From an uncultured Candidatus Saccharibacteria bacterium (GTDB lineage Bacteria > Patescibacteriota > Saccharimonadia > Saccharimonadales > JAGQNJ01), in NCBI GenBank assembly GCA_964565615.1, contig CAZMFO010000002.1, positions 16,824 through 80,823 on the forward strand: 64,000 nt of DNA, given 5' to 3'. This document shows positions 1 through 10,304 of the stretch, in pieces. The notes beneath the pieces are model-generated. The model saw only the letters and a list, made by a program, of their open reading frames with translations. It was not told the DNA's origin and made no database searches. How positions within the stretch are numbered: position 1 is the first letter of the stretch; each line of letters begins with the position of its first letter. Both the position numbers and the translations under genes were made by a program.

Positions 1-204
1 ATGGCAAAGATTTTTAGAAGAAAAGAAGAAGTCGCTTTTTTTGATCACAAGGACTATAAAACACTACAGCGATACATTAATGTTTATGGTCAAATTGAAG
101 GTCGAAAAAAGACAGGACTAACAGAGAGTCAACAAAGACATTTGGCAAGTGCTATTAAGCGTGCTAGACACCTTGCGCTATTACCATTCGTTGCTAATAA
201 CTAA
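1..204 (+). CDS. rpsR: 30S ribosomal protein bS18 (possibly N-terminally truncated by the window edge)
   Basis: 67-aa ORF with YKTLQRYI...GRKKTGL...QRHLASAIKRARHLALLPF, the typical S18 C-terminal pattern. Confidence 0.85.
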   Translation: MAKIFRRKEEVAFFDHKDYKTLQRYINVYGQIEGRKKTGLTESQQRHLASAIKRARHLALLPFVANN

Positions 205-209
205 GATTT

Positions 210-1460
210 ATGGAAAAATCGGTACCTTTCAATCTGGAGCTCATCAAGCAAGTAGCTAAGAGATATCCTACACCGTTTCATATTTACGATGAGACGCAGA
301 TAATAGCGAATTCAAAAGAATTATACAATGCCATGCAAAATGTTGGCTTTAGTGATTTTAAGAACTATTTCGCCATCAAGGCATTGCCGAATCCATATAT
401 TATGGAGATTTTGGCAGAACTGGGGCACGGTATGGATGCTAGTAGCATCGCAGAGATAGAATTGTGCAAAATGGTGGGTATTCGGGATGTGATTTATTCA
501 TCGAATAACACTACAGATGATGATTTTGCTAGAGCGATAAAAGAAGGTGCTATCATTAACTTTGATGATATATCTCATGTCAGGAGGTTTATCAAAAAGT
601 TTGGTACTCCAAAGATTGCCTGTTGTAGGTATAATCCAGGAAAAATAAAGTTTAAAGGGGGTGAAGAAAGTATTATTGGCTCACCACATGAGGCGAAGTT
701 TGGTATGCCCTATGAACATATTCTTGAAGCTTATGGATTGCTCAAGAAGGCTGGTACAAGAACATTTGGGCTACATACAATGCTCTTAAGTAATAATTTA
801 GATTGGAATAGTCATATAAAAATCGCCGACTTATTATTTGAAATTGCCAATAAGATATCTAAAAAACTGGACATTACCTTTGACTTTATTGATCTAGGTG
901 GAGGTATAGGGGTGGCGTATCATCCCAATGATCATGAGTTTAATATGAAGTTATACTCAGAAAACTTAAGGGCTATTTATGATAAGTATTTTTTTGGAAG
1001 TAATAAGCCTAGGATTGTTATGGAGAATGGGCGATTTATAACCGCTAGTTCGGGATATCTAGTAACAAGAGTTATAAATAGAAAAGATACACACAAAACA
1101 TACATTGGGGTTGATGCAAACATGGCAAATCTAATGCGTCCCGGTATGTACGGAGCGTATCATCCTATTTCGGTTTTGGGTGGCAGTAACCGAGAGTATG
1201 AAATTGTTGATGTTACTGGTTCGTTGTGTGAGAATAATGATAAATTTGCTATTGATAGACGGTTACCAGAGCTCAATATAGGAGATTACTTGGTGATTCA
1301 CACCACTGGTGCACATGGTCATTCAATGGGGTTTCAGTATAATGGGAAATTGCGGTCTGCCGAACTTCTGCTCCGGGTTGATGGAAGTATTGAGCAAATT
1401 AGGCGTGCCGAGACTATAGATGATTATCTTGCTACATTAAATTATAGGAGAAGAAAATAA
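210..1460 (+). CDS. PLP-dependent Orn/DAP/Arg decarboxylase family 2 enzyme (LysA-like)
   Basis: YFAIKALPN (PLP-lysine context), DLGGGIGV glycine loop, CENNDKF near the C-terminus; 416 aa. Confidence 0.7.
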   Translation: MEKSVPFNLELIKQVAKRYPTPFHIYDETQIIANSKELYNAMQNVGFSDFKNYFAIKALPNPYIMEILAELGHGMDASSIAEIELCKMVGIRDVIYSSNNTTDDDFARAIKEGAIINFDDISHVRRFIKKFGTPKIACCRYNPGKIKFKGGEESIIGSPHEAKFGMPYEHILEAYGLLKKAGTRTFGLHTMLLSNNLDWNSHIKIADLLFEIANKISKKLDITFDFIDLGGGIGVAYHPNDHEFNMKLYSENLRAIYDKYFFGSNKPRIVMENGRFITASSGYLVTRVINRKDTHKTYIGVDANMANLMRPGMYGAYHPISVLGGSNREYEIVDVTGSLCENNDKFAIDRRLPELNIGDYLVIHTTGAHGHSMGFQYNGKLRSAELLLRVDGSIEQIRRAETIDDYLATLNYRRRK

Positions 1461-2026
1461 TGGCTTTTGGAATTACAGACTTAAAGAAGGGTACGCTGTT
1501 TCAGTTTAATGGTGAGCCTTTTAGGGTTGTTGATTATTCACAAAAAGTTATGGGTCGGGGAGGCTCAATTGTTAATGTTCGCATAAAAAGTTTGCTTGAT
1601 GGCAAAGTGCTAGAAAAGACTTTTAAGGGTAATGAACAGCTTGAGCCTGCCGAAGTTGTCAACAAAAATGTACAGTATTTATACAACGATGGGTCAACTT
1701 ATTATTTTATGGAGGACGAAACTTACGAGCAGTTTGAGGTGTCGCTTAGTATTATTGGCGAGCAGGCAGGTTACCTAAAAGAGGGCGATAAAGTAATTGT
1801 TCAATTATTTGGTGGCCGAGTAATAAATGTAGAATTGCCCAAAAATGTTTATTTAAAAGTTGTTTATACTGAAGATGTTGTAAAAGGCGATACTACAAGT
1901 AGTGTTTTAAAAGATGCCGAACTAGAAACTGGAGTAAAGGTAAAAGTTCCAGCATTTATTAAAAATGGAGATATTTTGAGTATTGATACTGCGACTGGGG
2001 CATATCGCGAACGCAAGAAGGATTAG
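1460..2026 (+). CDS. efp: elongation factor P
   Basis: 188 aa; N-terminal KKGTLFQFNGEPFRVVDYSQKVMGRGGSIVNVRIKSL and three-domain length typical of EF-P; ATGA overlap with the upstream gene. Confidence 0.9.
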   Translation: MAFGITDLKKGTLFQFNGEPFRVVDYSQKVMGRGGSIVNVRIKSLLDGKVLEKTFKGNEQLEPAEVVNKNVQYLYNDGSTYYFMEDETYEQFEVSLSIIGEQAGYLKEGDKVIVQLFGGRVINVELPKNVYLKVVYTEDVVKGDTTSSVLKDAELETGVKVKVPAFIKNGDILSIDTATGAYRERKKD

Positions 2027-2029
2027 CCT

Positions 2030-2710
2030 ATGACTAACCCAGAAATAGAAGTTATATGGAAGAGCTGTACTTGGCAAAGTAGTCATCGGCGGATTGTACG
2101 GCCATATATTGAAGGAGCTGTGGATTTGGCTCATAAAACGGCCGAGCACATAGGGCTTGAGTATGATCGGCCAAAAATTGCCAAGATTAAGCGTTGTGGT
2201 AATAGTTACCCGGCAATTGGCGAAAATGAAGACGCTACTGGTTTTAGTATTTTTGTCCCAGTTGATGATTATCGTCGGAGAAAAGTGGCCAGGAAGTTTA
2301 GTACATATGTTAGGGCAACTGTTCACGAATTGACTCATTCTGCCCGTTGCGAACGATTTGGCGATTGGAGCTTACTAGAAGAAGTTGCCAGTGAGGGGTT
2401 AGCGTATGTGGCAGAAGATCTAGCTTTAAGAGAATTGGGCGATGATAGAGGAGCTTGCGGGTCTATTTCTGACTTGGGCTATTGTAATAATGCAAGAGTA
2501 AAGGAGGAGCTGGTAGCCGACTCTTTAGAGTCCGAAAGCTCGGAGCGGGCTCTAGATGAGGTTATGGACAAATGGTTTAATTGGGACTTGCCTCGTCTGG
2601 ATCGTGGGTCAACCTTTGGCATTATAGAGGTTAAGAGGCGCCTTAGTGAGGGCAATACATTTAATCAGTTGCTAGATTGGCCTCCAGAGCAGGTGCTGGA
2701 TCTCTTATGA
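2030..2710 (+). CDS. hypothetical protein with an HExxH (HELTH) putative Zn-metalloprotease motif
   Basis: 226-aa ORF, single HELTH motif; no other recognisable domain. Confidence 0.35.
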   Translation: MTNPEIEVIWKSCTWQSSHRRIVRPYIEGAVDLAHKTAEHIGLEYDRPKIAKIKRCGNSYPAIGENEDATGFSIFVPVDDYRRRKVARKFSTYVRATVHELTHSARCERFGDWSLLEEVASEGLAYVAEDLALRELGDDRGACGSISDLGYCNNARVKEELVADSLESESSERALDEVMDKWFNWDLPRLDRGSTFGIIEVKRRLSEGNTFNQLLDWPPEQVLDLL

Positions 2711-3423
2711 TAAAAACAAGGCTTGATCAGGCACTTGTTATTCGTAGTCTTGTTGCTACTCGTAGTCAAGCAGAAAACTTGATAAAGCTAGGTGAGGTTA
2801 AGGTAGACGGTAAAGTCGTGACTAAGCCCGGTTATTTTGTGGGCGAAAATAACGAGATAGTTGTTACTGCTAGTGAGCGATATGTGTCGCGGGCAGGGCT
2901 AAAACTTGCGTCTGTTGCTAAAATTTTTGATGTTAACTTTTGTCAGGCAGTGGTTTTAGATGTTGGATCATCTACAGGTGGATTTACAGATTATGCTCTT
3001 CAGAACAGAGCTAGCAAAGTAATAGCTGTTGATGTTGGGACTAACCAAATGCATCAAAAACTACGATCAGACAAGAGGGTAGAACTTTATGAACAGACGG
3101 ATATTCGTCAGTTTCGCACCAGCCAACAGATTGATATTGTTATTGTTGATGTTAGTTTTATTAGTATTAGAAAGGTCTTGCCTAGTGTCGTTAAGATAGC
3201 TCCACAGGCTAAAATAATCGCTATGGTAAAGCCTCAGTTTGAGGCGGGAGCAGAGTTAAAAAATAAAGGAGTGATAAAAAATGAGCGACTTCGCAGATCA
3301 ATCCTAAAAGATTTTGAACTTTGGGTAAAAGAATTGTTCGTTATAGAAGATAAGTCAGACAGTAAAATTAGTGGATCAACTGGCAATCAAGAACGATTTT
3401 ACTTGTTGTCTTTACCTAAGTAA
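2707..3423 (+). CDS. tlyA: TlyA-type rRNA 2'-O-methyltransferase (S4 domain + FtsJ-like MTase)
   Basis: RLDQALV...SRSQAENLIKLGEVKVDG (S4-like) followed by VLDVGSSTGGFTDYAL SAM motif. Start moved to the ATG at 2707, which overlaps the upstream stop (ATGA). Confidence 0.8.
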   Translation: MIKTRLDQALVIRSLVATRSQAENLIKLGEVKVDGKVVTKPGYFVGENNEIVVTASERYVSRAGLKLASVAKIFDVNFCQAVVLDVGSSTGGFTDYALQNRASKVIAVDVGTNQMHQKLRSDKRVELYEQTDIRQFRTSQQIDIVIVDVSFISIRKVLPSVVKIAPQAKIIAMVKPQFEAGAELKNKGVIKNERLRRSILKDFELWVKELFVIEDKSDSKISGSTGNQERFYLLSLPK

Positions 3424-3476
3424 GCGAGCTAATTGCTTTCACTGTAATTAGCAGAAGAATATCGTATACTAAGTTT

Positions 3477-4379
3477 ATGCCACAAATGTATTTGCGACAG
3501 ACATCACAGTTTAGTAATAAACCAAAACGACACAAACGGCAGAGAACGCTTTTGCTACTGTTTGGAGTAGTGGTTTTCTTGGTGGGGTGGTTAATAATTG
3601 GCAGTAAAACCGCCAACAGCCCAGAGCCACCAGCAAATAAGACCACTTTAAGCGAACCTAGTTCTGCCCCCAATACAACCACCTCCGTCCAAGAAAAGCA
3701 GTTGCCAAATATACAGGTTGATATTGATAAGTTTGTTGCCTCACATCAAGGCACCTATGCGGTTAAAATAACTAGCCAAAGCGGTACAGTTTTAGCCGAG
3801 CATAATGGAGATAAGGGGTTCTTTACAGCAAGCATTTATAAATTATTTGTCGCTTATGCGGGTTATCAAAAAATTGATGACGGGACACACCAGTTATCAG
3901 AATCGTATTTGGCTGGATATACACGAGGGGGTTGCTTGGATGCAATGATTAGAGATTCTTATAGCCCTTGTGCCGAGAAGTTGTGGGAAGAGCTTGGCAA
4001 AGAAAGCTTAACCAAACAAATGCAAAAACTCGGGCTAACAAATACTTCGTTAACTGGCTTGGTTACATCGGCCAATGATTCGGCTATGATTTTACAAAGA
4101 ATTGCTAAGGGTGATGGTTTAAGCGAGGCATCAAAGGGGGCTTATCTAGATTCTATGAAGACACAGGACAGCAAGTATAGAAGGGGCCTGCCAACGGGCT
4201 TTAAGCAGTCAACCGTTTACAATAAAGTAGGCTGGAACGAGGACAAAGAGTGGCACGATACAGCCATAGTTGTGCTACCAAACGGAGAAAAGGTTATAGT
4301 TACGATTTTGACTAGCGGGGCGGGTTACAAAAATGTTGCACAGCTGGGTGCTGTTATTGAGGAGGCATTATTAAAGTAA
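3477..4379 (+). CDS. membrane-anchored class A beta-lactamase / penicillin-binding-like serine hydrolase
   Basis: N-terminal TM segment; SxxK (ASIYK), SxN (SAND) and K-x-G (KVGW) motifs in the expected order. Confidence 0.6.
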   Translation: MPQMYLRQTSQFSNKPKRHKRQRTLLLLFGVVVFLVGWLIIGSKTANSPEPPANKTTLSEPSSAPNTTTSVQEKQLPNIQVDIDKFVASHQGTYAVKITSQSGTVLAEHNGDKGFFTASIYKLFVAYAGYQKIDDGTHQLSESYLAGYTRGGCLDAMIRDSYSPCAEKLWEELGKESLTKQMQKLGLTNTSLTGLVTSANDSAMILQRIAKGDGLSEASKGAYLDSMKTQDSKYRRGLPTGFKQSTVYNKVGWNEDKEWHDTAIVVLPNGEKVIVTILTSGAGYKNVAQLGAVIEEALLK

Positions 4380-5036
4380 TTTTTGCAAGGCTTGTTTGTT
4401 TAGTATTTTTATAAAGCCCTGCGAACTATCTATTAATCCTTTTCGTTCAAGGACTCCTACCTCTCTACTGGTGGTTTCGCGACTGGCATTGATAGAGCTG
4501 GCAATATCCTGTTGTCGCAAGGGAACATCAATAATTACAATGTCGCCTTCTTCTCTTCCGAAACGAGTCCCCATTGTTAGCAAGAAAGACGCTAGTCGTT
4601 CGCGGACAGTACGGTACTCAAGATTAAGGATTCTCTCGGAATGGAACTTGTACTGTTTGATAACTAAGTCAATAAAGGGGTAGAGCGCCTCTGTGTTTTT
4701 TGCTAAAAAGTCCGTAAAGGTGTTTCGCCGAATTCTATAAACAACCGTAGGTGCGACGGTTTGGTAAATAATGCTTCGTCCTTGCCCGGTAACGGCCCAA
4801 ATAAGAGGAAATATCTCCTGTGATTTTCTGATAATCAGTAGATTTTCTTCGCCGTATTTACTGATGTTGTAGGCTTTTACCAAGCCACTCTCTATCAGAT
4901 AAACATACTCTGGTGCTTCTCCGGGCCTTATTATGTATTCGCCTTTTTTGTAAGTCAAAACCGTACCTTGTCTAAAAAGGCTGAAAAAAATCTCTTGCTG
5001 GCTTTCGGTACCCAACATAGATATATTATGGCACAA
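4371..5036 (-). CDS. Crp/Fnr family transcriptional regulator
   Basis: cNMP-binding-like N-terminus (GEYIIRPGE...YLIESGLVK) and C-terminal HTH (RQQDIASSINASRETTSREVGVLERKGLI). Confidence 0.75.
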   Translation of the reverse strand: MCHNISMLGTESQQEIFFSLFRQGTVLTYKKGEYIIRPGEAPEYVYLIESGLVKAYNISKYGEENLLIIRKSQEIFPLIWAVTGQGRSIIYQTVAPTVVYRIRRNTFTDFLAKNTEALYPFIDLVIKQYKFHSERILNLEYRTVRERLASFLLTMGTRFGREEGDIVIIDVPLRQQDIASSINASRETTSREVGVLERKGLIDSSQGFIKILNKQALQKLL

Positions 5037-5144
5037 ATTTATAGATTGTGTAGTTATTGTGATATTTGTCGCAGAACATTAGTCATTTAATTAACTGTGA
5101 ATTATTTGGCGTGGTGAGATGATAGTTATGGAAGGAGGGTTAAG

Positions 5145-5822
5145 ATGGTGGACATCCAAAATATAGACGCTCAACTGTTTAAGGTTGGTATGCGCAATCG
5201 GTTCTTTGCAAGACCAGAGGTTAGGGAGTTGTGTCATATTTTGGTGGCCGGTGAGGTCATCAAACATGCTGTTGTGGGGCAGTATGAGGGTGGTTTTGCT
5301 TTAATAATTGCTACCGATCGAAGGGTTTTGTTAGTTGATAAAAAGCCATGGTTTCTGACAATGGAGGATATTCGTTACGATATGATTTCTGAGGTGGATT
5401 ACTTTTCTAGAATGGTTGACGCGACATTATCGGTGATTACCATTAACAAAAAGTTGACTTTTACTAGTTGGCGAAAGGCGCGCCTACGAGAGCTTGTTAA
5501 GTATATTCAAAATAGAGTCCTAGATTTACGCCGTATTGATAATGGGTGGGTACAGTCTGATCATCCGCAAGTTGTTAAGTCGGTTACGGTACAGCCTACA
5601 AATCAACCACTACAGAGGATGCGACAAATTCCACAAACGGACTTTATAGAAGCCTATCAACGGCAGATACGGCTACATTCCTTGGCACATATAGTTGGAA
5701 AGATGGCGACAGATGACTACATTAGACCAAGACCGGTCATCAAACCACTTTATTTACGCCCATCATTGGTTTCTAAGTATAAGCATAGGGGGTATAATGC
5801 CCACATGCCGGTTACACATTAA
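5145..5822 (+). CDS. hypothetical protein (bacterial PH/YokE-like N-terminal region)
   Basis: 225-aa ORF with an RBS-like ggaagga upstream; weak PH-like pattern only. Confidence 0.35.
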   Translation: MVDIQNIDAQLFKVGMRNRFFARPEVRELCHILVAGEVIKHAVVGQYEGGFALIIATDRRVLLVDKKPWFLTMEDIRYDMISEVDYFSRMVDATLSVITINKKLTFTSWRKARLRELVKYIQNRVLDLRRIDNGWVQSDHPQVVKSVTVQPTNQPLQRMRQIPQTDFIEAYQRQIRLHSLAHIVGKMATDDYIRPRPVIKPLYLRPSLVSKYKHRGYNAHMPVTH

Positions 5823-6891
5823 ATCTAAATTCAACGACATCATCCGGTTGCATTATGTAAGTTTTGCCTTCGGTACGGACTTTTCCTGCCGATTTAGCCT
5901 TAGATTCGCTACCAGCATTAATTAAATCGTGATAATTGATTATTTGAGCGACGATAAAACCTCGTTCAAAATCACCGTGAATAACACCAGCCGCTTGAGG
6001 TGCGGTAGCCCCTTTTTTAATTGTCCACGCACGGACTTCTTTTTCTCCAGCTGTTAGGTAGCTTTGTAGGTTGAGAATATCATAAGCTGTTTGAATAAGT
6101 TGTTCTAGCCCAGAAGTCTTAACTCCATAACTTGTTAAAAGTTCTTGCTTGTCAGCTTGGTTGAGGCTTTTAAGTTCTTCTTCAAGCTTGGCGCAAATAA
6201 AAATTGCTTTAGAATGTGGCACGAGTGTAGCAAGTTGTTCTGTTTTTCGTTTGTTTGTTAGCGTTTCCTCGTCTACATTAAAGACATAAATTACCGGTTT
6301 TGTAGTAAGCAGATGTAGATCACTTAGTTTGTTCATATCTTCTTCAGAAAACTGGCTGTTGATTGGCTTGCCTTCATTAAGGCACTGTTTAGCGTTTTCT
6401 AATAGATGCACTTGGCTATTGAGTTTTGGGTTAGCTCGTGCCTCTTTGGCAAGTTTTGGTAGGCGTTTTTCGATGGTCTGTAAATCGGCAAGGATTAGTT
6501 CTGTATTAATAACATCAATATCTTTTTTCGGCGAGTGGTTGTTATCAATGTGCTGAATGTCGGTGTCTTCAAAAGCACGCACAACATGACAAATGGCATT
6601 ACAATTACGAATGTTGGCTAAAAACTGGTTTCCCAAACCTTCGCCTTGGCTGGCCCCAGCTACTAAGCCCGCTATATCAACAAATGTTACTGTTGCCGGA
6701 ACTATTTTAGACGATTGATACAGCTCGGCAAGTTTGTTTAGCCTTTGGTCGGGTATTGGTACAATGCCGGTATTTGGTTCAATAGTTGCAAAAGGGTAGT
6801 TTGCTATTAGTATGTTGTTGTCTGTCAAGGCATTAAATAATGTACTTTTGCCAACATTGGGCAAGCCCACAATGCCAATAGATAAACTCAT
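5812..6891 (-). CDS. ychF: ribosome-binding ATPase YchF
   Basis: GIVGLPNVGKSTLFNALT P-loop, NYPFATIEPN, VDIAGLV, C-terminal TGS-like IHGDFERGFI. Confidence 0.9.
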   Translation of the reverse strand: MSLSIGIVGLPNVGKSTLFNALTDNNILIANYPFATIEPNTGIVPIPDQRLNKLAELYQSSKIVPATVTFVDIAGLVAGASQGEGLGNQFLANIRNCNAICHVVRAFEDTDIQHIDNNHSPKKDIDVINTELILADLQTIEKRLPKLAKEARANPKLNSQVHLLENAKQCLNEGKPINSQFSEEDMNKLSDLHLLTTKPVIYVFNVDEETLTNKRKTEQLATLVPHSKAIFICAKLEEELKSLNQADKQELLTSYGVKTSGLEQLIQTAYDILNLQSYLTAGEKEVRAWTIKKGATAPQAAGVIHGDFERGFIVAQIINYHDLINAGSESKAKSAGKVRTEGKTYIMQPDDVVEFRFNV

Positions 6892-7035
6892 ATAAGCTAA
6901 TTATAACAAGGGTTGGGGTAAGAAATAAATGGGTCTAGGGCTTTATTAAAAAAATGTTTTTTGTTATGCTTAAATAAATGAAGGTGTCTAAAAATAAATG
7001 TGGATGGTTGGTTAGTCTGACAGAAAGAGTCAAAA

Positions 7036-7896
7036 ATGGCTAGATTGCCTCAACCGGGACAAGATATTGGAACATGGGGAGACATACTTAATGAGTACTT
7101 AAGTGTATCTCATAATACGGACGGGACTATTAAAGCATCTGCTTTGCCGGCTTCGTTAAGAGATGGCTCAACTGGTGCGACAGGACCGGTTGGTCCAGCG
7201 GGTTCTGTGGGTCATCAAGGAGCAACCGGTGCTGGTGCTACAGGTGCCACCGGAGCTCAAGGATTGCAAGGCTCTCAAGGTTCAACTGGTGCAACCGGTG
7301 CAGGTGCTACCGGCGCTACTGGCTCTCAAGGCGTGGTTGGAGCAACTGGTGCCACTGGCCCGGCTGGAGTTACCGGCCCTGGCGTACCAAGTGTGTCTGG
7401 GCATAATGATGATGAGGTATTACAAATTCAAGGTGGCACCTCTGTCTGGGCACCACTAGGGAATGTTGCCTACTTAGATATTGGTACTACTGCGGGTACC
7501 GTAGCGTCTGGTGACGATAGTCGGATAACTGGTGCTTTGCAACGAAGCGGTGGCATAATGACAGGCAGATTTGCGACAACACCTGTCGTACTGACTGATG
7601 CAACCACCATTGCGGTTGACGCGACTCTCGGTAATCATTTTCGAGTGACTTTAACGGGCGCAAATCATACTCTTGGTGCACCTACTGGAGGTGTGGATGG
7701 TCAAAAAATCACCTTTCAGATCATCCAGGATGGTACTGGCGGTAGAAACTTGTATTATAGCGCGGTGTATGACTTTGGCAACATCGGTGTACCAACATTA
7801 TCGATCGACCCAAACAAACACGATTACATTGGCTGTGTTTACGATGCAAACTTAAATAAATGGCATGCAATTGCTATTGCTAAGGGGTATAACTAA
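7036..7896 (+). CDS. collagen-like (Gly-X-Y) repeat protein with a phage-tail-fibre-like N-terminus
   Basis: N-terminal [11 protein letters not shown] motif, then about 24 uninterrupted Gly-X-Y triplets (aa 44-116), then a 170-aa globular C-terminus. Confidence 0.7.
   Translation: MARLPQPGQDIGTWGDILNEYLSVSHNTDGTIKASALPASLRDGSTGATGPVGPAGSVGHQGATGAGATGATGAQGLQGSQGSTGATGAGATGATGSQGVVGATGATGPAGVTGPGVPSVSGHNDDEVLQIQGGTSVWAPLGNVAYLDIGTTAGTVASGDDSRITGALQRSGGIMTGRFATTPVVLTDATTIAVDATLGNHFRVTLTGANHTLGAPTGGVDGQKITFQIIQDGTGGRNLYYSAVYDFGNIGVPTLSIDPNKHDYIGCVYDANLNKWHAIAIAKGYN
7165..7383 (+). repeat. coding Gly-X-Y triplet repeat tract with an internal ~60-nt duplication
   Basis: [73 protein letters not shown] read directly from the ORF. 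Confidence 0.85.
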
Positions 7897-7899
7897 TCA

Positions 7900-10218
7900 A
7901 TGCCAAGTTATGTATGGCGAGCAGAACATAATCTGGACGATGCAAACCAAGATGTTCCTGGTTATAACTACGGCCATAGTGGTTCAGAATTAAGGTTACG
8001 CGCAGATAATGATAACAATGTGCGCAAAGTGGTTGGCATAAGGTTTATTGGTGTTATTCCTGCGAACACTAAATCTATACCGCAGGCTACTGTATCAGGG
8101 CTTATTGCAACGGGTACAGAGATTGGCGCAAATTGCGATATATTATTACAGAAGTCGCTTACAACAAATCAATTTAAGAATTCAGCAGGGAGTGGTCCTG
8201 ATGATGTCGTCAGTAGACCATTAACCACTACTAGTATATCGTGGGTGCAAACGATGTCAAATAATGATTCGTTTACAACACCAGACTTAAGACCCTTGTT
8301 TAAGGAACTAATGGAACTTGCTGGTGCTGTTTTTGGTAATCCGGGCGAGCCGTATGTAGCAACTTCTCCTACAGCTCAGGATATACAGAATCCAATAGTA
8401 ATTTTTCGTGGGAAGCTCATAAGTCCACCAGATAATGAGGTAAGGTTCTACTCTTATAATAGTGTGTCTGATCCGTTAACGCGTACCAGAATACCGAAAT
8501 TAACGATAAATATAGTACTAAATGATCCTATCCTGGTTCCATCAGATAGACGAACGCATGTTGCGATTCTGTCGGACTCGATTGGTTGGGCGTTACAGCC
8601 CGGACAACAGTACACAGATTCTTTGATGAGTTTTGCGGCTTTTGGCGCAATCCAAACGACCGGGATGATTAAGCTTGAGCAGCCACCCGGTGGAATAGTA
8701 TCTATTGTGCACAATGGGCAACCGTACACAATTGATGATCCTTACGGTGCTGCTGGGATGGGATCGATTACCCCAGAGGGCAGGCAAGGATATACGCAAT
8801 ATGGGATATTAAAAGACCGCCTAATGCATGCTTTTGGCGTTGCCGAAACGGATATTGTTATTCACGCCTATGGGCTTGGTGGGACGACCGCAGGACCGGC
8901 ATCGCGGACTCAGGGTGTTTGGTCTAGCTCAAAGCCTAAAGAAGAACCTTATGATAGTCTAGCCAATATTGCGAACCCTGGCGGTAATCTAGATGGGATA
9001 CTTACTAATCCGTTATGGAATTATTATGATGCGGGCGGACAGACCTTGATCGATTTGTTACGAGATACCTCTGTCGAGAGGCTACTACTTATTTATATCG
9101 GTGGTGGTAATGATGCGTTTGCCACTAGTTATGACAGTGCTCTTTTACCCATGAATGCCACTCCTGCAGATCAAGCTCTGTGGGATACTACCAAAGCTAC
9201 TATAAAACAAGCCTACAAAGATATCTTTAATTTTTGCAAGGATGTTCGTGATGCTGCTGGGGGGTCAGAGATTGATTTTCTGCTAGTTGGGTACCCGAAT
9301 TTTGCGACAGATGACCCACGAATAGCTCCCAGAGTTGTCCAAGTAGATTCCGCACCGGGTGGAACATACCACCGCGGTAGCTGGCCATCTATTAGCAATC
9401 CAGACTCTTGGTATGGAGGCTCAAACGGAACAGATATGGGAGGGTCAATGGCGCCCTATGGCTCCGGTAATGTTAATGTTATCCCACACATACCTTGGTT
9501 TTTGGCGTACACATATTTTTTTAATGGCGGTAATCATATTGCCGAGACTAATATACCCGGAGTAGATATGAACGCCTACGGTCCTCTACCTCGTCCTATG
9601 CAAAAGGGCGATCTGGGTATGTTCTTGCAAGTTAAGGCCTTTAATTTTGCTTACAAGACCTTCGACGCTGATTATATGGGTACCGAATATGAACGCTGGT
9701 ATTCTCATTGGGCAGCAGATCATTATGGTGCTTCATTTGCAGGCTGGACAAATCAAGATAAGTGGAACACAGCAGAGAATTTCTTTAGGGCAGCATATAA
9801 TGCATACCCCTATTCCTCCGCTGCCAATAATAACCTCCTTGTGTCTGCAACCAACACCAAAATTGCCATATCTTATTGCACGAGAAATATAAGTAATTTA
9901 ACAGTTAATTCTATGTTGCATTACACTACCGGCGAGGCATCAGAAGAGGCTATAGCTGACTTGCAGGCAGGGGGGTTGCAGTGCCAATATGTCAACCTGT
10001 GGGATTGTTTAGGGTCAGAGGTTGGTAGTGGGGTAACGGCATCAGCTGGAACATGGGCCTTTCTGGACGGAGTTCACCTTACCAAGGAAGCTAGCGAATT
10101 ATACGCGGATGAGATAATTGCACGAGCTAGGCTTAGTTCGCCTATCTTGCAAACCTTGACAGACTGGAGTGCGGAGGCAACTTCCAGATTCTTGCAGTTG
10201 TTTGGCGAGGGTGTCTAA
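7900..10218 (+). CDS. large SGNH/GDSL-type hydrolase (esterase/deacetylase-like)
   Basis: SGNH block I (AILSDSIGW), block III (IGGGNDAF) and block V (LDGVHLT) in order; 772 aa; starts 4 nt after the collagen-like gene. Confidence 0.55.
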   Translation: MPSYVWRAEHNLDDANQDVPGYNYGHSGSELRLRADNDNNVRKVVGIRFIGVIPANTKSIPQATVSGLIATGTEIGANCDILLQKSLTTNQFKNSAGSGPDDVVSRPLTTTSISWVQTMSNNDSFTTPDLRPLFKELMELAGAVFGNPGEPYVATSPTAQDIQNPIVIFRGKLISPPDNEVRFYSYNSVSDPLTRTRIPKLTINIVLNDPILVPSDRRTHVAILSDSIGWALQPGQQYTDSLMSFAAFGAIQTTGMIKLEQPPGGIVSIVHNGQPYTIDDPYGAAGMGSITPEGRQGYTQYGILKDRLMHAFGVAETDIVIHAYGLGGTTAGPASRTQGVWSSSKPKEEPYDSLANIANPGGNLDGILTNPLWNYYDAGGQTLIDLLRDTSVERLLLIYIGGGNDAFATSYDSALLPMNATPADQALWDTTKATIKQAYKDIFNFCKDVRDAAGGSEIDFLLVGYPNFATDDPRIAPRVVQVDSAPGGTYHRGSWPSISNPDSWYGGSNGTDMGGSMAPYGSGNVNVIPHIPWFLAYTYFFNGGNHIAETNIPGVDMNAYGPLPRPMQKGDLGMFLQVKAFNFAYKTFDADYMGTEYERWYSHWAADHYGASFAGWTNQDKWNTAENFFRAAYNAYPYSSAANNNLLVSATNTKIAISYCTRNISNLTVNSMLHYTTGEASEEAIADLQAGGLQCQYVNLWDCLGSEVGSGVTASAGTWAFLDGVHLTKEASELYADEIIARARLSSPILQTLTDWSAEATSRFLQLFGEGV

Positions 10219-10304
10219 TCTCCTATTAATGGTATGTTGTGGATAAATAATAAAAAAAGCTTGTTTACTTAAACATAAGCAGTGTAGTACAATACTAGTT
10301 AATC

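Noticed and set aside
1922-2338. 138-aa minus-strand ORF overlapping efp and the downstream gene
   Set aside because: It is antisense to two well-supported plus-strand genes and has a low-complexity, Ile/Phe/Asn-rich composition typical of shadow ORFs in AT-rich DNA.
7163-7459. 98-aa alternative-frame ORF inside the collagen-like gene
   Set aside because: It is an out-of-frame reading of the Gly-X-Y repeat. The Gly-X-Y frame extends into conserved N- and C-terminal domains.
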